32,000 bases of DNA from assembly GCF_013365475.1 (NCBI RefSeq), contig NZ_CP046579.1, positions 270,001 to 302,000 of the forward strand. The letters run 5' to 3'. The position numbers and the translations under genes are program-made. Every line of letters starts with the position of its first letter. The first letter of the stretch is position 1. A model generated the notes under the pieces. It was not told the origin of the DNA and searched no databases. It saw only the letters and a program-made list of their open reading frames with translations. The stretch is from Candidatus Saccharimonadota bacterium. GTDB taxonomy: Bacteria > Pseudomonadota > Alphaproteobacteria > Rickettsiales > Anaplasmataceae. Positions 19,945 to 30,240 of this stretch are shown here, one piece after another.

Positions 19945-21093
19945 ATGGGTAAAATTATAGAAATCAGAGCGCCAGAGACTCTTGGTGGTGAATCGATTAT
20001 GGAAGGTATAGTTAAAATAAAGAGGGGTATTGGCGAGATAGTAAAGGCAGATGACTTGATTTTTGAAGTTGAGACCGACAAAGCAGTGCTTGAATTAACT
20101 GCAGAAGCTTCAGGGGAAATAGCTGAACTTTTTGTAGAAGAAGACGATGTAATAAATCCAGGCCAATTACTAGCTAAGCTTTTAGTAATGGAGTTAAGAG
20201 AAGATAAAAGTGAAGTTACCGCTAAAAAAGATGCTCCATCAGCTCGTAAGATTATGGAAGAGAATGCAATTAGTGTAGGAAGTGTCAAAGGAACTGGAAT
20301 GGGAGGAAGAATAACGAAAGCAGATGTAAAGCATATGAGTAAAATCGAGCGGCCTGCAATATATGAATTGTCAAAAAGTGCAGTGAGTGGAGAGAAAAGA
20401 GAAGAACGTGTAAAAATAAGCAAAATAAGGCAAGTGATTGCTGCTCGTTTGAAGGCTTCGCAGAATACTGCTGCAATACTAACAACCTTTAATGAAATTG
20501 ATATGCAAAATGTAGTTAATCTTAGAATAAAATATAAAGAAGCTTTTGAAAAGAAGCATAGAATAAGACTGGGTTTCATGTCCTTTTTTATAAAAGCAGC
20601 AGTACAAGCCCTGAAAGAGATTCCTGAAATTAATGCTGAAATCTCGGGAGACGAAATCATATATAAACATTACTATGACATAGGTGTTGCTGTTGGTACT
20701 GACAAGGGTCTTGTTGTGCCAGTTATTCGTAGTGCTGATCAAATGTCATTTGCGGAAATCGAGCTAACTTTGGCTGATCTTAGCAAAAAAGCACATACAG
20801 GTAAGTTACAAGTGTCTGAAATGGAAGGTGCAACATTTACTATCTCAAATGGTGGAGTATATGGTTCGCTCTTTTCAACTCCGATAATAAATCCTCCGCA
20901 ATCTGGAATACTTGGGATGCACTCAATACAGAACAGACCGGTTGCCATAGAGAACTCAATTGAAATTAGACCAACAATGTATATTGCTCTCTCTTATGAT
21001 CACAGGATAATTGATGGCAGAGGTGCAGTAACTTTCCTTGTAAAAATAAAGAATTACATAGAAGATACAAATAGATTGATTTTAGAAATATGA
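19945..21093 (+). CDS. sucB: Dihydrolipoamide succinyltransferase, E2 component of 2-oxoglutarate dehydrogenase
   Basis: 382-aa ORF. It has a lipoyl domain ([14 protein letters not shown]) and an E3-binding segment ([31 protein letters not shown]). The catalytic motifs are [20 protein letters not shown] and DHRIIDG. Confidence 0.93.
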   Translation: MGKIIEIRAPETLGGESIMEGIVKIKRGIGEIVKADDLIFEVETDKAVLELTAEASGEIAELFVEEDDVINPGQLLAKLLVMELREDKSEVTAKKDAPSARKIMEENAISVGSVKGTGMGGRITKADVKHMSKIERPAIYELSKSAVSGEKREERVKISKIRQVIAARLKASQNTAAILTTFNEIDMQNVVNLRIKYKEAFEKKHRIRLGFMSFFIKAAVQALKEIPEINAEISGDEIIYKHYYDIGVAVGTDKGLVVPVIRSADQMSFAEIELTLADLSKKAHTGKLQVSEMEGATFTISNGGVYGSLFSTPIINPPQSGILGMHSIQNRPVAIENSIEIRPTMYIALSYDHRIIDGRGAVTFLVKIKNYIEDTNRLILEI

Positions 21094-23080
21094 TATCTGA
21101 ATTATTAGTTCAGCATTGTTAAAAGCCTAGATATCATCTGGTTTTACCGATAGTTCAATGACTTCCAAAGGTTCATGTATGTGTGCTACTTCTGAAAAGT
21201 TGTTATGGAGTGTATTAAAATAACACTTTTACTTTTTAGTAATTATCTAAAGTAGCAACTAATATTAAAGTTTTTTAGTGTAATAGAAATTTGGAAATGA
21301 TTGGTGATATTTATCATCGTTAGGATTACTATATAACTCCTTTTTCTTTCTAGAAACTAGGGTTACTTAAATCATAAATCTATATCACATAATGAACCTT
21401 CAAGGTAGTCCTTTTCTATCTTTTTCTTTTGCACTTTTAACTAATCATATATGTGCTATAGAAGTTTTTCTAAATATATAACAATTGTTGTTTTTATCGA
21501 AATCTTATATTTTATACTCATGTAATTAAGGATTTCTTTTATCTTGAAAAGGTAGTGTTTATTTCTTCTAATTTCCTACTTACCTTGTTATTTGCTGAAG
21601 CAAATTGAGTAATTACATACTATAATCTTTTTAATATTAATTTTTCAGTTTTCTTGATTACTATTAGAGCTTCATAGGTAAGACTACACTTAAATAAGCG
21701 AAAACGCTTTATTAGATAACAAAGCTCACTTCCGTTATTAGATAATTTCAAGTAGTTTAGAATACTTACATATTTTCCTTCATTATACACTTCTCTTACT
21801 GAAGTTAAGGCAAGTAATATTATGCCTTCGCTAACGCATCAACTTAAATTAGGTCTGTTTTCATATTTAATATCTTGCAGATATGTCTGCTTGATTTCCA
21901 GTCCTAGAGTTATGACAATTATAATGTTCTGTTGTATCAGTCAAATTTATAACGAGAGGTTAATAATATTCTTTTTTATAAAAAGTAAGTTTGTTATATC
22001 TTTAATAATTGTGCTATTGTCGCATAGCAGTAACTACATCACATTTAGGTTATCTAGCCGCTTAGTATGCTCTTCTTTAAGAGTGTTTCAACTGTATCAT
22101 AAAATTTGCTTCATATTCTAGTTTTATTAACCTGCTGGACAACATGTTATTATCTTTTGACAAGCCAAATTACTTTTTATATTTTTGCAATTTGCTCTAA
22201 ACATCATTACCAATCTAACTATATTTAGATGTTTTGCTTAGTCTATAACAAGCAGTAGCTTTGTTATATCAAGTGGTATTCCTTATTTTATCTCTAGCAG
22301 AGCTTCTAGCTAAGAATTCTAATTCTTGATAGAGAATTAATAAGATTCATCTAAATTTTCTTTTGCCTATCAGGCTATAAAAATGTTTTACATCATATCT
22401 TCCTTAAAATAGTCTCTTTCCTTGTTAGATAAGAAACTTTACTACCTACATTCTTTTCACCACTTTTCTACTTTCAATTAGCAAAACAAAAAACTATGTC
22501 AATGCCTTTTTACTATACTCACTGTTTCTTTTTTAGAAATTTGCATTGATGTTAGCATGAATACTAAATATAATAACAATATTTTTATGTTCGTGGTTTT
22601 ACTTAATTTCTGGTAAATTAAAAGTATCTCTTTATCTAAGAAGCTTCTTTTTGCAGCCTTTTATTACCATCAATAAATAAATCCTTAAATAGTGATATCT
22701 TCAGGCGTGATATGTTAAAGTGCTTAGCTTAAAAATTTTTAATTTTTCTTTGACCTTTATGTTCAAAAGAAATATCACCAAAATTCCAAAGGCCTTCTGG
22801 GCTTAACACTAACAAAAAGTCAATTTTATCTTAGATTATGAATGGAATGTACAGAGCACTAATAATTTTACTTCTTACCTACGTCTCCATTTAGGTTATA
22901 TAAAGCCAAGCTTTCAGAATATTTATTTTCTATATCCATGTTGTACTAGAAATTTAGTATCAAGGAGTTGAGGATTAGAAATACCTAGTAATATAACTTT
23001 TTATATGCTAATAATCCGCAAGTGGTGAGTTTTTTTACTAATTTAGTATGTAAGTAAAGATTCTCTACGCTAATAGGCCA

Positions 23081-23109
23081 TTGCTGTGATCTGTGTTTGT
23101 TAATATAAT
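23081..23109 (+). promoter_or_regulatory. Candidate promoter upstream of secA (TTGCTG-17 nt-TATAAT)
   Basis: TTGCTG (23081-23086), a 17-nt spacer, then a perfect TATAAT (23104-23109). This is about 30 nt upstream of the first in-frame ATG at 23139. Motif match only. Confidence 0.35.
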
Positions 23110-23138
23110 TTCATATAAAGTATGCGTTATTTAAATTT

Positions 23139-25787
23139 ATGTCAGATTTTACTGTGATTTTGATAGTTATCTCTACATTTTTCATCTTTGTATTGTTGCT
23201 CCTTTTTGTAAGGAAGATGACGAATAGAAAGATAGCAAAGTCTTTTAGGAAGATTGTTCAACAAATAAATGCACTGGAACCAGAAATGCGTATCCTATCT
23301 GATAGGGAACTTGCTAGTAGAACTGAGAAGTTTAAGCAAGAATTAAAAGATGGGAAGTCATTAAATGACCTTCTCATACCTGCTTTTGCAGTTGTGCGTG
23401 AGGCATCTCGCAGATTTCTTAACATGAGACACTTTGATGTTCAGCTAATCGGTGGAATAGTTCTTCATAACGGTATGATATCAGAAATGAAAACAGGAGA
23501 AGGAAAGACACTTGTTGCAACTTTAGCTGCGTATCTTAATTCTTTGGAAGGCAAAGGAGTACATGTTGTAACCGTTAACGACTACCTTGCAAAACGTGAT
23601 GCAGAGTGGATGAGTAAATTATATAATTTTCTTGGGGTCTCTGTTGCATCTATCACGAATGATTTGACAGATGAAGAGAGGAGGAAAGCTTATAGTTCGG
23701 ATGTTGTGTATTCAACAAACAATGAACTTGCCTTTGATTACCTGCGTGATAACATGAAATTTTCCCAGGAAGATATGGTTCAAAGAGGTTTCAACTATGC
23801 AATAGTGGACGAGGTAGACTCCATATTAATCGATGAGGCACGGACTCCTCTTATTATTTCTGGTCCAGTTGAAGAAAATAATCAAATATATAGACGTATA
23901 AACAAAATAGTTAATAGATTAGCTAATTCTGATTATGAGGTGGATAAAAAGGGTAGAGCAGTATTTCTTACTGAAGATGGTATTTCACGTGTGGAGAAGC
24001 TACTTAGATCATATAATCTCATTCCTGAAAATTCTTCACTATATGATACTAATAATATTATAATGACACACTATGTAGATCAAGCATTACGTGCACATAA
24101 GCTATTTGCTGCTGATAGAGATTATATAATAAAGGATGGGAAGGTAGTGATTATTGATGAATTTACAGGGCGTATTATAGAAGGTAGAAGATATTCTGAT
24201 GGTCTTCATCAAGCACTTGAAGCAAAGGAAAATCTTGAGATTCAGCACGAAAATCAAACTTTAGCATCAATCACGTTTCAGAATTACTTCCGTATGTACA
24301 ATAAACTTTCTGGTATGACTGGAACGGCAGCAACGGAAGTGGAAGAGTTTCGTGATATATACAGGCTAAATGTAGTGAAGATCCCAACTAATTTACCTGT
24401 AAAGAGGATAGATGTTGACGATGAAATTTATGGCACAGAAAAAGAAAAATTTGATGCTGTGTTAAAATTTGTAGAGAAATGCCATAAGCGGCTTCAACCA
24501 GTTCTTGTAGGTACAGTAAGTATTGAAAACTCTGAGAAGCTTTCTGCGCTTTTGCGAAGCCACTCTCTTAAACATTCAGTATTGAACGCTCGTTATCATG
24601 AGCAAGAAGCATACATAATAGCACAAGCTGGGGCACCAGGTAGTATTACTATAGCAACCAATATGGCAGGACGTGGAACTGACATTCAGCTTGGTAGAAA
24701 TGCTGAAATGATAGCGAAAATTGAACTAAAAAAGATAAGGAATGCTGATGAGAAAGAAAAAAAATATCAAGAAATAGTTCAAAGAGTAGAGAAAGATAAG
24801 GAAATTGCTATAAAGGCTGGTGGTTTATGTGTTATTGGAACCGAGAGACATGAAAGTAGAAGAATAGATGATCAATTGCGTGGACGTTCTGGCCGTCAAG
24901 GTGATCCTGGACTTTCTAAGTTCTTTTTGTCGCTTGAAGATGATTTAATGAAAATATTTGGTTCTGATAGAATGAGAAGCTTTTTACAAAGAGTAGGTCT
25001 AAAAAATAATGAAGCTATTCATCATCCATGGCTCAATAGGGCACTTGAGAAAGCACAAAAGAAAGTTGAGGCGCGAAATTATGATGTGCGAAGGTCTCTA
25101 CTTAAGTTTGATGATGTAATTAATAGCCAACGCAAAGTTATTTTTGAGAAGAGGAATCATATTATAGGTAATGATGTTAATGATCTATTTGAAGTGTATA
25201 GTGAAGTAAATGAGGAAGTGGTAGAAAGTATAGTACAAAGCGGTTATTATGAAGATTATGTTGAGGATATTATCAAAGAATTCTATACAAGGTATAGGAT
25301 AACACTTAGTAAAGATACCCTGGAGGAATTTTTGAATAAACAAGAAGCATTGGATTATATAAATGGTAAGATACAGGAGCTCTTTGATGAGAAAGAAAAG
25401 TACTTTAATAGTCACAACACTACAGACTTATGGAATAAGGTAGTAAAGCAGGTAATGATTATGACACTTGATCATTTATGGAGGGAACATCTTTCAATTT
25501 TAGAGAGCTTAAGGCAAAGTGTAAATTTACGCGCCATGGGGCAAAAGGACCCACTGAATGAATTTAAGCGTGAAGCTTTTTTGATGTTTGAGTCACTGCT
25601 TGAGAAGTGGAAAGAGCTTACTATTTACCGCTTAGCGCACTTTAAGTTAGCAAATGACAAAGAGATAGACAACTTACATTCCACTAAAAGAAATACTTTT
25701 CCTAAGGTTTCAAGAAATGATAAATGTCCTTGTAGCTCAGGTAAGAAGTATAAACACTGCCACGGTGCAATTACTCTGGTAAATTAA
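23139..25787 (+). CDS. secA: Preprotein translocase ATPase SecA
   Basis: 882-aa ORF. Motifs are Walker [33 protein letters not shown], and the C-terminal zinc motif [14 protein letters not shown]. The start is ambiguous. The homologous SecA N-terminus aligns from about [31 protein letters not shown]. Alternative starts are therefore TTG at 23193/23196 or ATG at 23217, and the first approximately 18-19 codons (up to 26 if translation starts at ATG 23217) may not be translated. Confidence 0.95.
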   Translation: MSDFTVILIVISTFFIFVLLLLFVRKMTNRKIAKSFRKIVQQINALEPEMRILSDRELASRTEKFKQELKDGKSLNDLLIPAFAVVREASRRFLNMRHFDVQLIGGIVLHNGMISEMKTGEGKTLVATLAAYLNSLEGKGVHVVTVNDYLAKRDAEWMSKLYNFLGVSVASITNDLTDEERRKAYSSDVVYSTNNELAFDYLRDNMKFSQEDMVQRGFNYAIVDEVDSILIDEARTPLIISGPVEENNQIYRRINKIVNRLANSDYEVDKKGRAVFLTEDGISRVEKLLRSYNLIPENSSLYDTNNIIMTHYVDQALRAHKLFAADRDYIIKDGKVVIIDEFTGRIIEGRRYSDGLHQALEAKENLEIQHENQTLASITFQNYFRMYNKLSGMTGTAATEVEEFRDIYRLNVVKIPTNLPVKRIDVDDEIYGTEKEKFDAVLKFVEKCHKRLQPVLVGTVSIENSEKLSALLRSHSLKHSVLNARYHEQEAYIIAQAGAPGSITIATNMAGRGTDIQLGRNAEMIAKIELKKIRNADEKEKKYQEIVQRVEKDKEIAIKAGGLCVIGTERHESRRIDDQLRGRSGRQGDPGLSKFFLSLEDDLMKIFGSDRMRSFLQRVGLKNNEAIHHPWLNRALEKAQKKVEARNYDVRRSLLKFDDVINSQRKVIFEKRNHIIGNDVNDLFEVYSEVNEEVVESIVQSGYYEDYVEDIIKEFYTRYRITLSKDTLEEFLNKQEALDYINGKIQELFDEKEKYFNSHNTTDLWNKVVKQVMIMTLDHLWREHLSILESLRQSVNLRAMGQKDPLNEFKREAFLMFESLLEKWKELTIYRLAHFKLANDKEIDNLHSTKRNTFPKVSRNDKCPCSSGKKYKHCHGAITLVN

Positions 25788-26483
25788 CGTTCTGTAGGTT
25801 GCTTCTGATATTATCAAATTTACTTTACCTAACTCTTGCCATCCAGTAGAGGTACTCTGTGTTACTTGCCTGAGTCTTAAATTGACCTCCTTTGGTAATT
25901 TTCATTAATTCATTAGATATGTTTTCACCTATTAGGTAATATTAGTTGCAGTAAGCTTCTATAATTAGAAGTAATGTACTATAAATTATTGCAAGAAATG
26001 GTTCATTGTGATTAATATAGTGGTGAATTCAATTTATTAGTTGACTGAAGTAACATCTACACAGTGAGGTCATCCAATTGCCATACTTAGTGATAATAAC
26101 TCATGTACATGATGTCTTTTAATCGTACCATGATCTATAATTTAGAGTAGATAAAGGAAGTTGTGATAAGAAATACAAAATTAATGGTATTAAAAATGCA
26201 GTAGGTAAGTATACTCTGTTCTCTTAGTAAAGAATTAATTCAAAACCCAAAAATACTTATTGAAATATTTGCTATGGCTCCTTTTATTTATGATTCAAAG
26301 AAACACCTGCTCCGATTTATAACTTTTTAGATTTACTTTGTATTCTAAGTTTGCATGAGTGTTTCATATGCTTAGATATATTGTAAATTAATTCGCTTTC
26401 ATAAAGCTAGTCATTCAAAGTTTGTTTCATCAATTTCAGATATAAACTAGAACCACTTGGATAACAATAGATAATTCAAGAGG

Positions 26484-27488
26484 CTAATTGGCTTCTTTGT
26501 CGTTAGCATTATTTTCAGCTTCAGCAAAAACCTCCTCCCATGTGCCTTTAGTTGCTGCACGGCTATATTCTGTTACTCTGTTTTCAAAGAAGTTTGTATG
26601 TTCTACTCCGTTTAGTATTTCATCAAGCCATGGAAGGGGATTGGCATTAATATCGTATATGAGTTTTAGTCCTAATTGTGTTAGTCTCCTGTTTGCTATA
26701 TAGCGTATATAATTGCTTACTTCTTTTGCAGATAATCCTTCAACATCTCCTAAGTTAAAAGCAAGCTTTATAAATTCGTCTTCAAGTTCAACAATTGTAC
26801 GACATGCAAGATACAGTTCCTTTCTGAATTCCTCATTCCAAATTTCATTATTCTCTTTAATAAACGTATTAAATAGATTGATTATCGAATTGGTATGCAA
26901 AGTTTCATCACGCGCTGACCAAGCAATTATTTGTCCCATGCCTTTCATTTTCCCGAAACGTTGAAAATTGAGCAAAATTGCAAATGATGCAAATAACTGC
27001 AATCCTTCGGTAAATGCGCCAAATACTGCTAGAGTTTTAGCCACATGTTTTTTATCGTGTTTTTTGCTCTCTTCAAATTCTAGCATATATTCATATTTCT
27101 TCCTTGTGGCTTCATATTTTAGAAATGCTTGGTATTCACTTTCTGGCATACCAATTGTATCTAGGAGATATGAATAAGCTGCAATATGTATAGTCTCCAT
27201 ATTAGAAAAGCTTGCAAGCATCATACATATTTCTGTTGGCTTGAATATATTCGTATAATGCCTCATGTAGCAATTATTTACTTCAATATCTGCTTGAGTA
27301 AAGAATCTGAAAATCTGAGTTAACAAGTTTTTTTCTATATTAGAAAGCTTTGTTTTCCAATCCTTTATATCATCAGCAAGTGAAACTTCTTCTGGAAGCC
27401 AATGTATTCTTTGTTGCTGTAGCCACGCATCGTACGCCCATGGATAATTAAAAGGCTTATATATTGGGTCTGATTCTAGCAACGACAT
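26484..27488 (-). CDS. nrdB: Ribonucleoside-diphosphate reductase beta subunit (class I R2)
   Basis: 334-aa ORF with the di-iron/tyrosyl radical family motifs FRFFTQADIEV, SNMETIHIAAYSYLL, FTEGLQLFASFA and ARDETLHTN. No nrdA is adjacent. Confidence 0.92.
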   Translation of the reverse strand: MSLLESDPIYKPFNYPWAYDAWLQQQRIHWLPEEVSLADDIKDWKTKLSNIEKNLLTQIFRFFTQADIEVNNCYMRHYTNIFKPTEICMMLASFSNMETIHIAAYSYLLDTIGMPESEYQAFLKYEATRKKYEYMLEFEESKKHDKKHVAKTLAVFGAFTEGLQLFASFAILLNFQRFGKMKGMGQIIAWSARDETLHTNSIINLFNTFIKENNEIWNEEFRKELYLACRTIVELEDEFIKLAFNLGDVEGLSAKEVSNYIRYIANRRLTQLGLKLIYDINANPLPWLDEILNGVEHTNFFENRVTEYSRAATKGTWEEVFAEAENNANDKEAN

Positions 27489-27564
27489 ATGATACCTAGT
27501 TATTTCCTAAAGTTAATATTATATTGAGTAATATCAAAATTAGTCAATTTCACTTTTATAAAAT

Positions 27565-27594
27565 TTGACTATAGCTAGTTTACTAGTGTATTAT
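27565..27594 (+). promoter_or_regulatory. Candidate promoter of bamE (TTGACT-18 nt-TATTAT)
   Basis: TTGACT (27565-27570), an 18-nt spacer, then TATTAT (27589-27594). This is 23 nt upstream of the bamE ATG. Motif match only. Confidence 0.35.
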
Positions 27595-27616
27595 AATTTG
27601 CCTGTCTATCAAAGGG

Positions 27617-27955
27617 ATGAGAGTATTAATATACTTGGTTCTGTTATTTTTAATAAGCTGTACACATACTATTCATAATCATGGAGCTTCAGGCGTTAGT
27701 CCTGAATTGTGGAGCAAGGTAAAAATAGGTGATAATAAAGAAAAAGTAGTTCATATTTTAGGAGCACCAACATTGACGTCTCAATTTGACGAGAATATTT
27801 GGTATTATATCTCATATAAAATTAAACAATCTAATTTTCTTGGGAACAGAAAGTATAGCAGTAAATCTCTGCAGATTTCATTTGGTCAGGATGATAAAGT
27901 GACAAATATAGAAAAAATTGACATTTCGGAAAAAGCGTTAGCTGTTATTGATTAA
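27617..27955 (+). CDS. bamE: Outer membrane protein assembly factor BamE (SmpA/OmlA lipoprotein)
   Basis: 112-aa ORF with a lipoprotein signal peptide and lipobox (LLFLISC). The SmpA/OmlA-like core is KVKIGDNKEKVVHILGAPT...NIWYYISY. Confidence 0.7.
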   Translation: MRVLIYLVLLFLISCTHTIHNHGASGVSPELWSKVKIGDNKEKVVHILGAPTLTSQFDENIWYYISYKIKQSNFLGNRKYSSKSLQISFGQDDKVTNIEKIDISEKALAVID

Positions 27956-28327
27956 TTGAAAGCTTATTCGTGTTATGTGTTAGACTACAGTTTATTATTT
28001 GTGCCTTTTAATAGGCAATATAAGACAGAATTTTAGCTGTATATTTTAGAAACTTACTGAAAAGAGAGGTGAGAGACTCTGATAGCTAATGTCCAAATAC
28101 TTCCTGACCTACTTAACTTTTTTACTGCCTCATGAGTAGGTTTTTGCTTTATAGGTAATAAAATTAATAATCTTTTATGAGTTTAAGGTTATGTAGATAA
28201 AAGTCTAAATATAGGATGATAAATGCTATAGCTTTTTTCATTATTAACCTGCATAGATTATGTCCAAGCCTGGGGTGGGAGTGAGAGAAATAAATGAATT
28301 TTTGACTAAGAAACTTTAAAAGTGGAG

Positions 28328-28400
28328 AGCGGGAGAAGGGATTCGAACCCTCGACTTCAACCTTGGCAAGGTTGCGTTCTGCCAACTGAACTACTTCCGC
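28328..28400 (-). tRNA. tRNA-Gly (anticodon GCC)
   Basis: The minus strand folds by hand into a cloverleaf: acceptor GCGGAAG/CTCCCGC, D arm GTTC-AGTTGGCA-GAAC, anticodon arm CAACC-TTGCCAA-GGTTG, and T arm GAGGG-TTCGAAT-CCCTT. The discriminator is T and no CCA is encoded. There is one A5:C68 mismatch in the acceptor stem. Confidence 0.9.
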
Positions 28401-28551
28401 AGGTTAACTAATTCTTAAATTATAGGTATATACAATAATTTGTAAACCATATGCATGTCCAAAATTTAAGGAACTGTATTTATATATTTGTGTACTTAAA
28501 AGTAACTTTCAATTATTATTAGTCTTTTGATATTTCGTTTCGCAAAATCTT

Positions 28552-29172
28552 ATGGGTATATTTGTATACGAAGATGATTTACCGGATGGTTTAATACAGG
28601 ATAATGTAAGATCTATAGCTATTGATACGGAGGCAATGGGTTTGCTTCATAACAGGGATAGATTATGCCTTGTGCAGCTTTCCTTTAATGATGGGAATGC
28701 TCACTTAATCCAGTTCAGAAACAGTTATGCTGCTCCAAATTTAAAAAAATTATTGAGTAATGACAATATAACTAAAATATTTCACTTTGCAAGGTTTGAT
28801 ATTAGTATAATACATTATTATTTGAAAACCTGGGCCCTCCCATGCTATTGCACAAAAATAGCTTCGCGTTTAGTTCGTACCTATACAGACAATCATAGTT
28901 TAAAGGAGTTATGCCTAGAACTACTTGATATAAAATTGAACAAGCAGTATCAATCTTCTGATTGGGGAAGTAAAAATTTGACAGATAAGCAAAAAAGTTA
29001 CGCTGCATCTGATGTTTTATACCTTCATAAAATAAAAGAAAAGCTAGATTCGATGCTAGAACGTGAAAATAGGAAAGAATTAGCAAAAAAGTGCTTTGAA
29101 TTTCTTTCTACTCGTGTCAAACTAGATTTAATGGGTTGGGGAAACGTTGATATTTTTAATCACCAGATGTGA
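28552..29172 (+). CDS. DEDDy-type 3'-5' exonuclease (RNase D-like catalytic domain only)
   Basis: 206-aa ORF with the Exo I motif IAIDTEAMGL, the Exo II motif KIFHFARFD and the Exo III motif YAASDVLYLH. It is too short to include the HRDC domains of full-length RNase D. Confidence 0.8.
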   Translation: MGIFVYEDDLPDGLIQDNVRSIAIDTEAMGLLHNRDRLCLVQLSFNDGNAHLIQFRNSYAAPNLKKLLSNDNITKIFHFARFDISIIHYYLKTWALPCYCTKIASRLVRTYTDNHSLKELCLELLDIKLNKQYQSSDWGSKNLTDKQKSYAASDVLYLHKIKEKLDSMLERENRKELAKKCFEFLSTRVKLDLMGWGNVDIFNHQM

Positions 29173-29227
29173 TGGAATTTTTGCCTATATGTTTTATAAT
29201 AATTTTAGCTATTTGGCAGTAATTTAA

Positions 29228-29257
29228 TTGATTATTTACTGATAATTATGCTATACT
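29228..29257 (+). promoter_or_regulatory. Candidate promoter of trxA (TTGATT-18 nt-TATACT)
   Basis: TTGATT (29228-29233), an 18-nt spacer, then TATACT (29252-29257). This is 24 nt upstream of the trxA ATG. Motif match only. Confidence 0.3.
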
Positions 29258-29280
29258 GTATGAGTTGAGTTAGGTGTTTT

Positions 29281-29604
29281 ATGAGTGAAGATATTACATC
29301 AGTAGATGATCAAAGCTTTAATTCTGAAGTTATTAGCTGTAAAGGGTTTGTGTTAGTAGATTTTTGGGCAGAATGGTGTAGACCGTGTAAAAGTTTAATG
29401 CCATATATTGAGCAATTAGCTCGAGATAAAAAAGGTAAGGTTAAGGTTTGCAAATTCAATGTAGATGGAGAGACTGATGTGCCAAGTAAGTACGGGATTC
29501 AATCTATACCTACTTTAATTATATTTCAGGACGGTAAAGAAATTGCGCGTAAGGTTGGTATAATAAATGATTTATCAAGTTGGGTTAATAACAAGATAAG
29601 CTGA
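29281..29604 (+). CDS. trxA: Thioredoxin
   Basis: 107-aa ORF with the thioredoxin fold signature VLVDFWAEWCRPCK...IQSIPTLIIFQDGK. The active site reads CRPC rather than the usual CGPC. Confidence 0.9.
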   Translation: MSEDITSVDDQSFNSEVISCKGFVLVDFWAEWCRPCKSLMPYIEQLARDKKGKVKVCKFNVDGETDVPSKYGIQSIPTLIIFQDGKEIARKVGIINDLSSWVNNKIS

Positions 29605-29640
29605 CAGACAAATTTGTTTTTATGTATATGCAAATAAGTG

Positions 29641-29717
29641 GGGATTGTAGCTCAATTGGTTAGAGCAGTTCGCTCATAACGAATTGGTCGTAGGTTCGAG
29701 CCCTACCAATCCCACCA
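29641..29717 (+). tRNA. tRNA with CAT anticodon (elongator Met, or Ile2 read via lysidine); not initiator
   Basis: Hand-folded cloverleaf: acceptor GGGATTG/CAATCCC, D arm GCTC-AATTGGTTA-GAGC, anticodon arm GTTCG-CTCATAA-CGAAT, variable loop TGGTC, and T arm GTAGG-TTCGAGC-CCTAC. ACCA is encoded. The 1:72 pair is intact and the anticodon stem has no GGG/CCC, so it is not tRNA-fMet. The TGGTC variable loop resembles E. coli tRNA-Ile2. Confidence 0.88.
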
Positions 29718-30240
29718 TGCAATGGTGCTATCGTTTAATGTTTTCAGTAGTTTTTATTTTCTAGGCAAGGGCTCCCCATAATAAAATAGTGTCTTAGCTT
29801 ATTAAGATAATTTAGATTATAAAAAGATATAACATATAAAACTAGCCAAATTTTGGGAACAATGTCATGAATGTGGAAAGCATATGACAGTTTAGTTTAG
29901 TAACATATTGGCTAGCTTTGGGTAAAAAAGCTTATTATGATGTTATATTAGCTCCCTTGTCTCAAAACTTTCTGTTGGAGTTAGATTAGAAAACAGAAAT
30001 GCAAGTGCAAGTGCGATACGCACGAGCTATAAAGAATTCTGCTTTATCTATCAATAAGCATGATTTTGGTCAAATTAAGTTGCTATAGCTCAACAAATGC
30101 TCAATACTGCAGAATAGAATCGCTAGGATTTGGTCTTTCATTATGCTTTACTTTAAGTATATATTTTTATCATCATATTTAATATGACCTTTTCAATATT
30201 TTAGATATGTTTAACCTTACAAGTGATAATCTATAGCACA

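Noticed and set aside
19917-20660. 247-aa minus-strand ORF, plus smaller ones at 20285-20485, 20479-20742 and 20739-20948.
   Set aside because: They lie entirely antisense to the well-supported sucB. Their composition is low-complexity and S/I/L/F-rich, typical of shadow ORFs.
21822-22121. 99-aa plus-strand ORF in the sucB-secA spacer. The 60-aa ORF at 5668-5850 is similar.
   Set aside because: Their F/I/L/S/C-rich sequence is what T/C-rich DNA yields in any open frame. There is no Shine-Dalgarno sequence and no motif, and the local composition looks like an antisense strand.
28264-28290. GC-rich island (ccaagcctggggtgggagtgagagaaa) about 40-60 nt downstream of tRNA-Gly on the minus strand. 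I considered it as a tRNA fragment, an ncRNA or an integration scar.
   Set aside because: I could find no cloverleaf, stem-loop or direct repeat of the tRNA 3' end, and no integrase or mobile gene is nearby.
28164-28385. 73-aa minus-strand ORF (MAERNLAKVEVEGSNPFSRSP...).
   Set aside because: Its 5' part is simply the translation of tRNA-Gly(GCC). This is a classic tRNA-overlap artefact.
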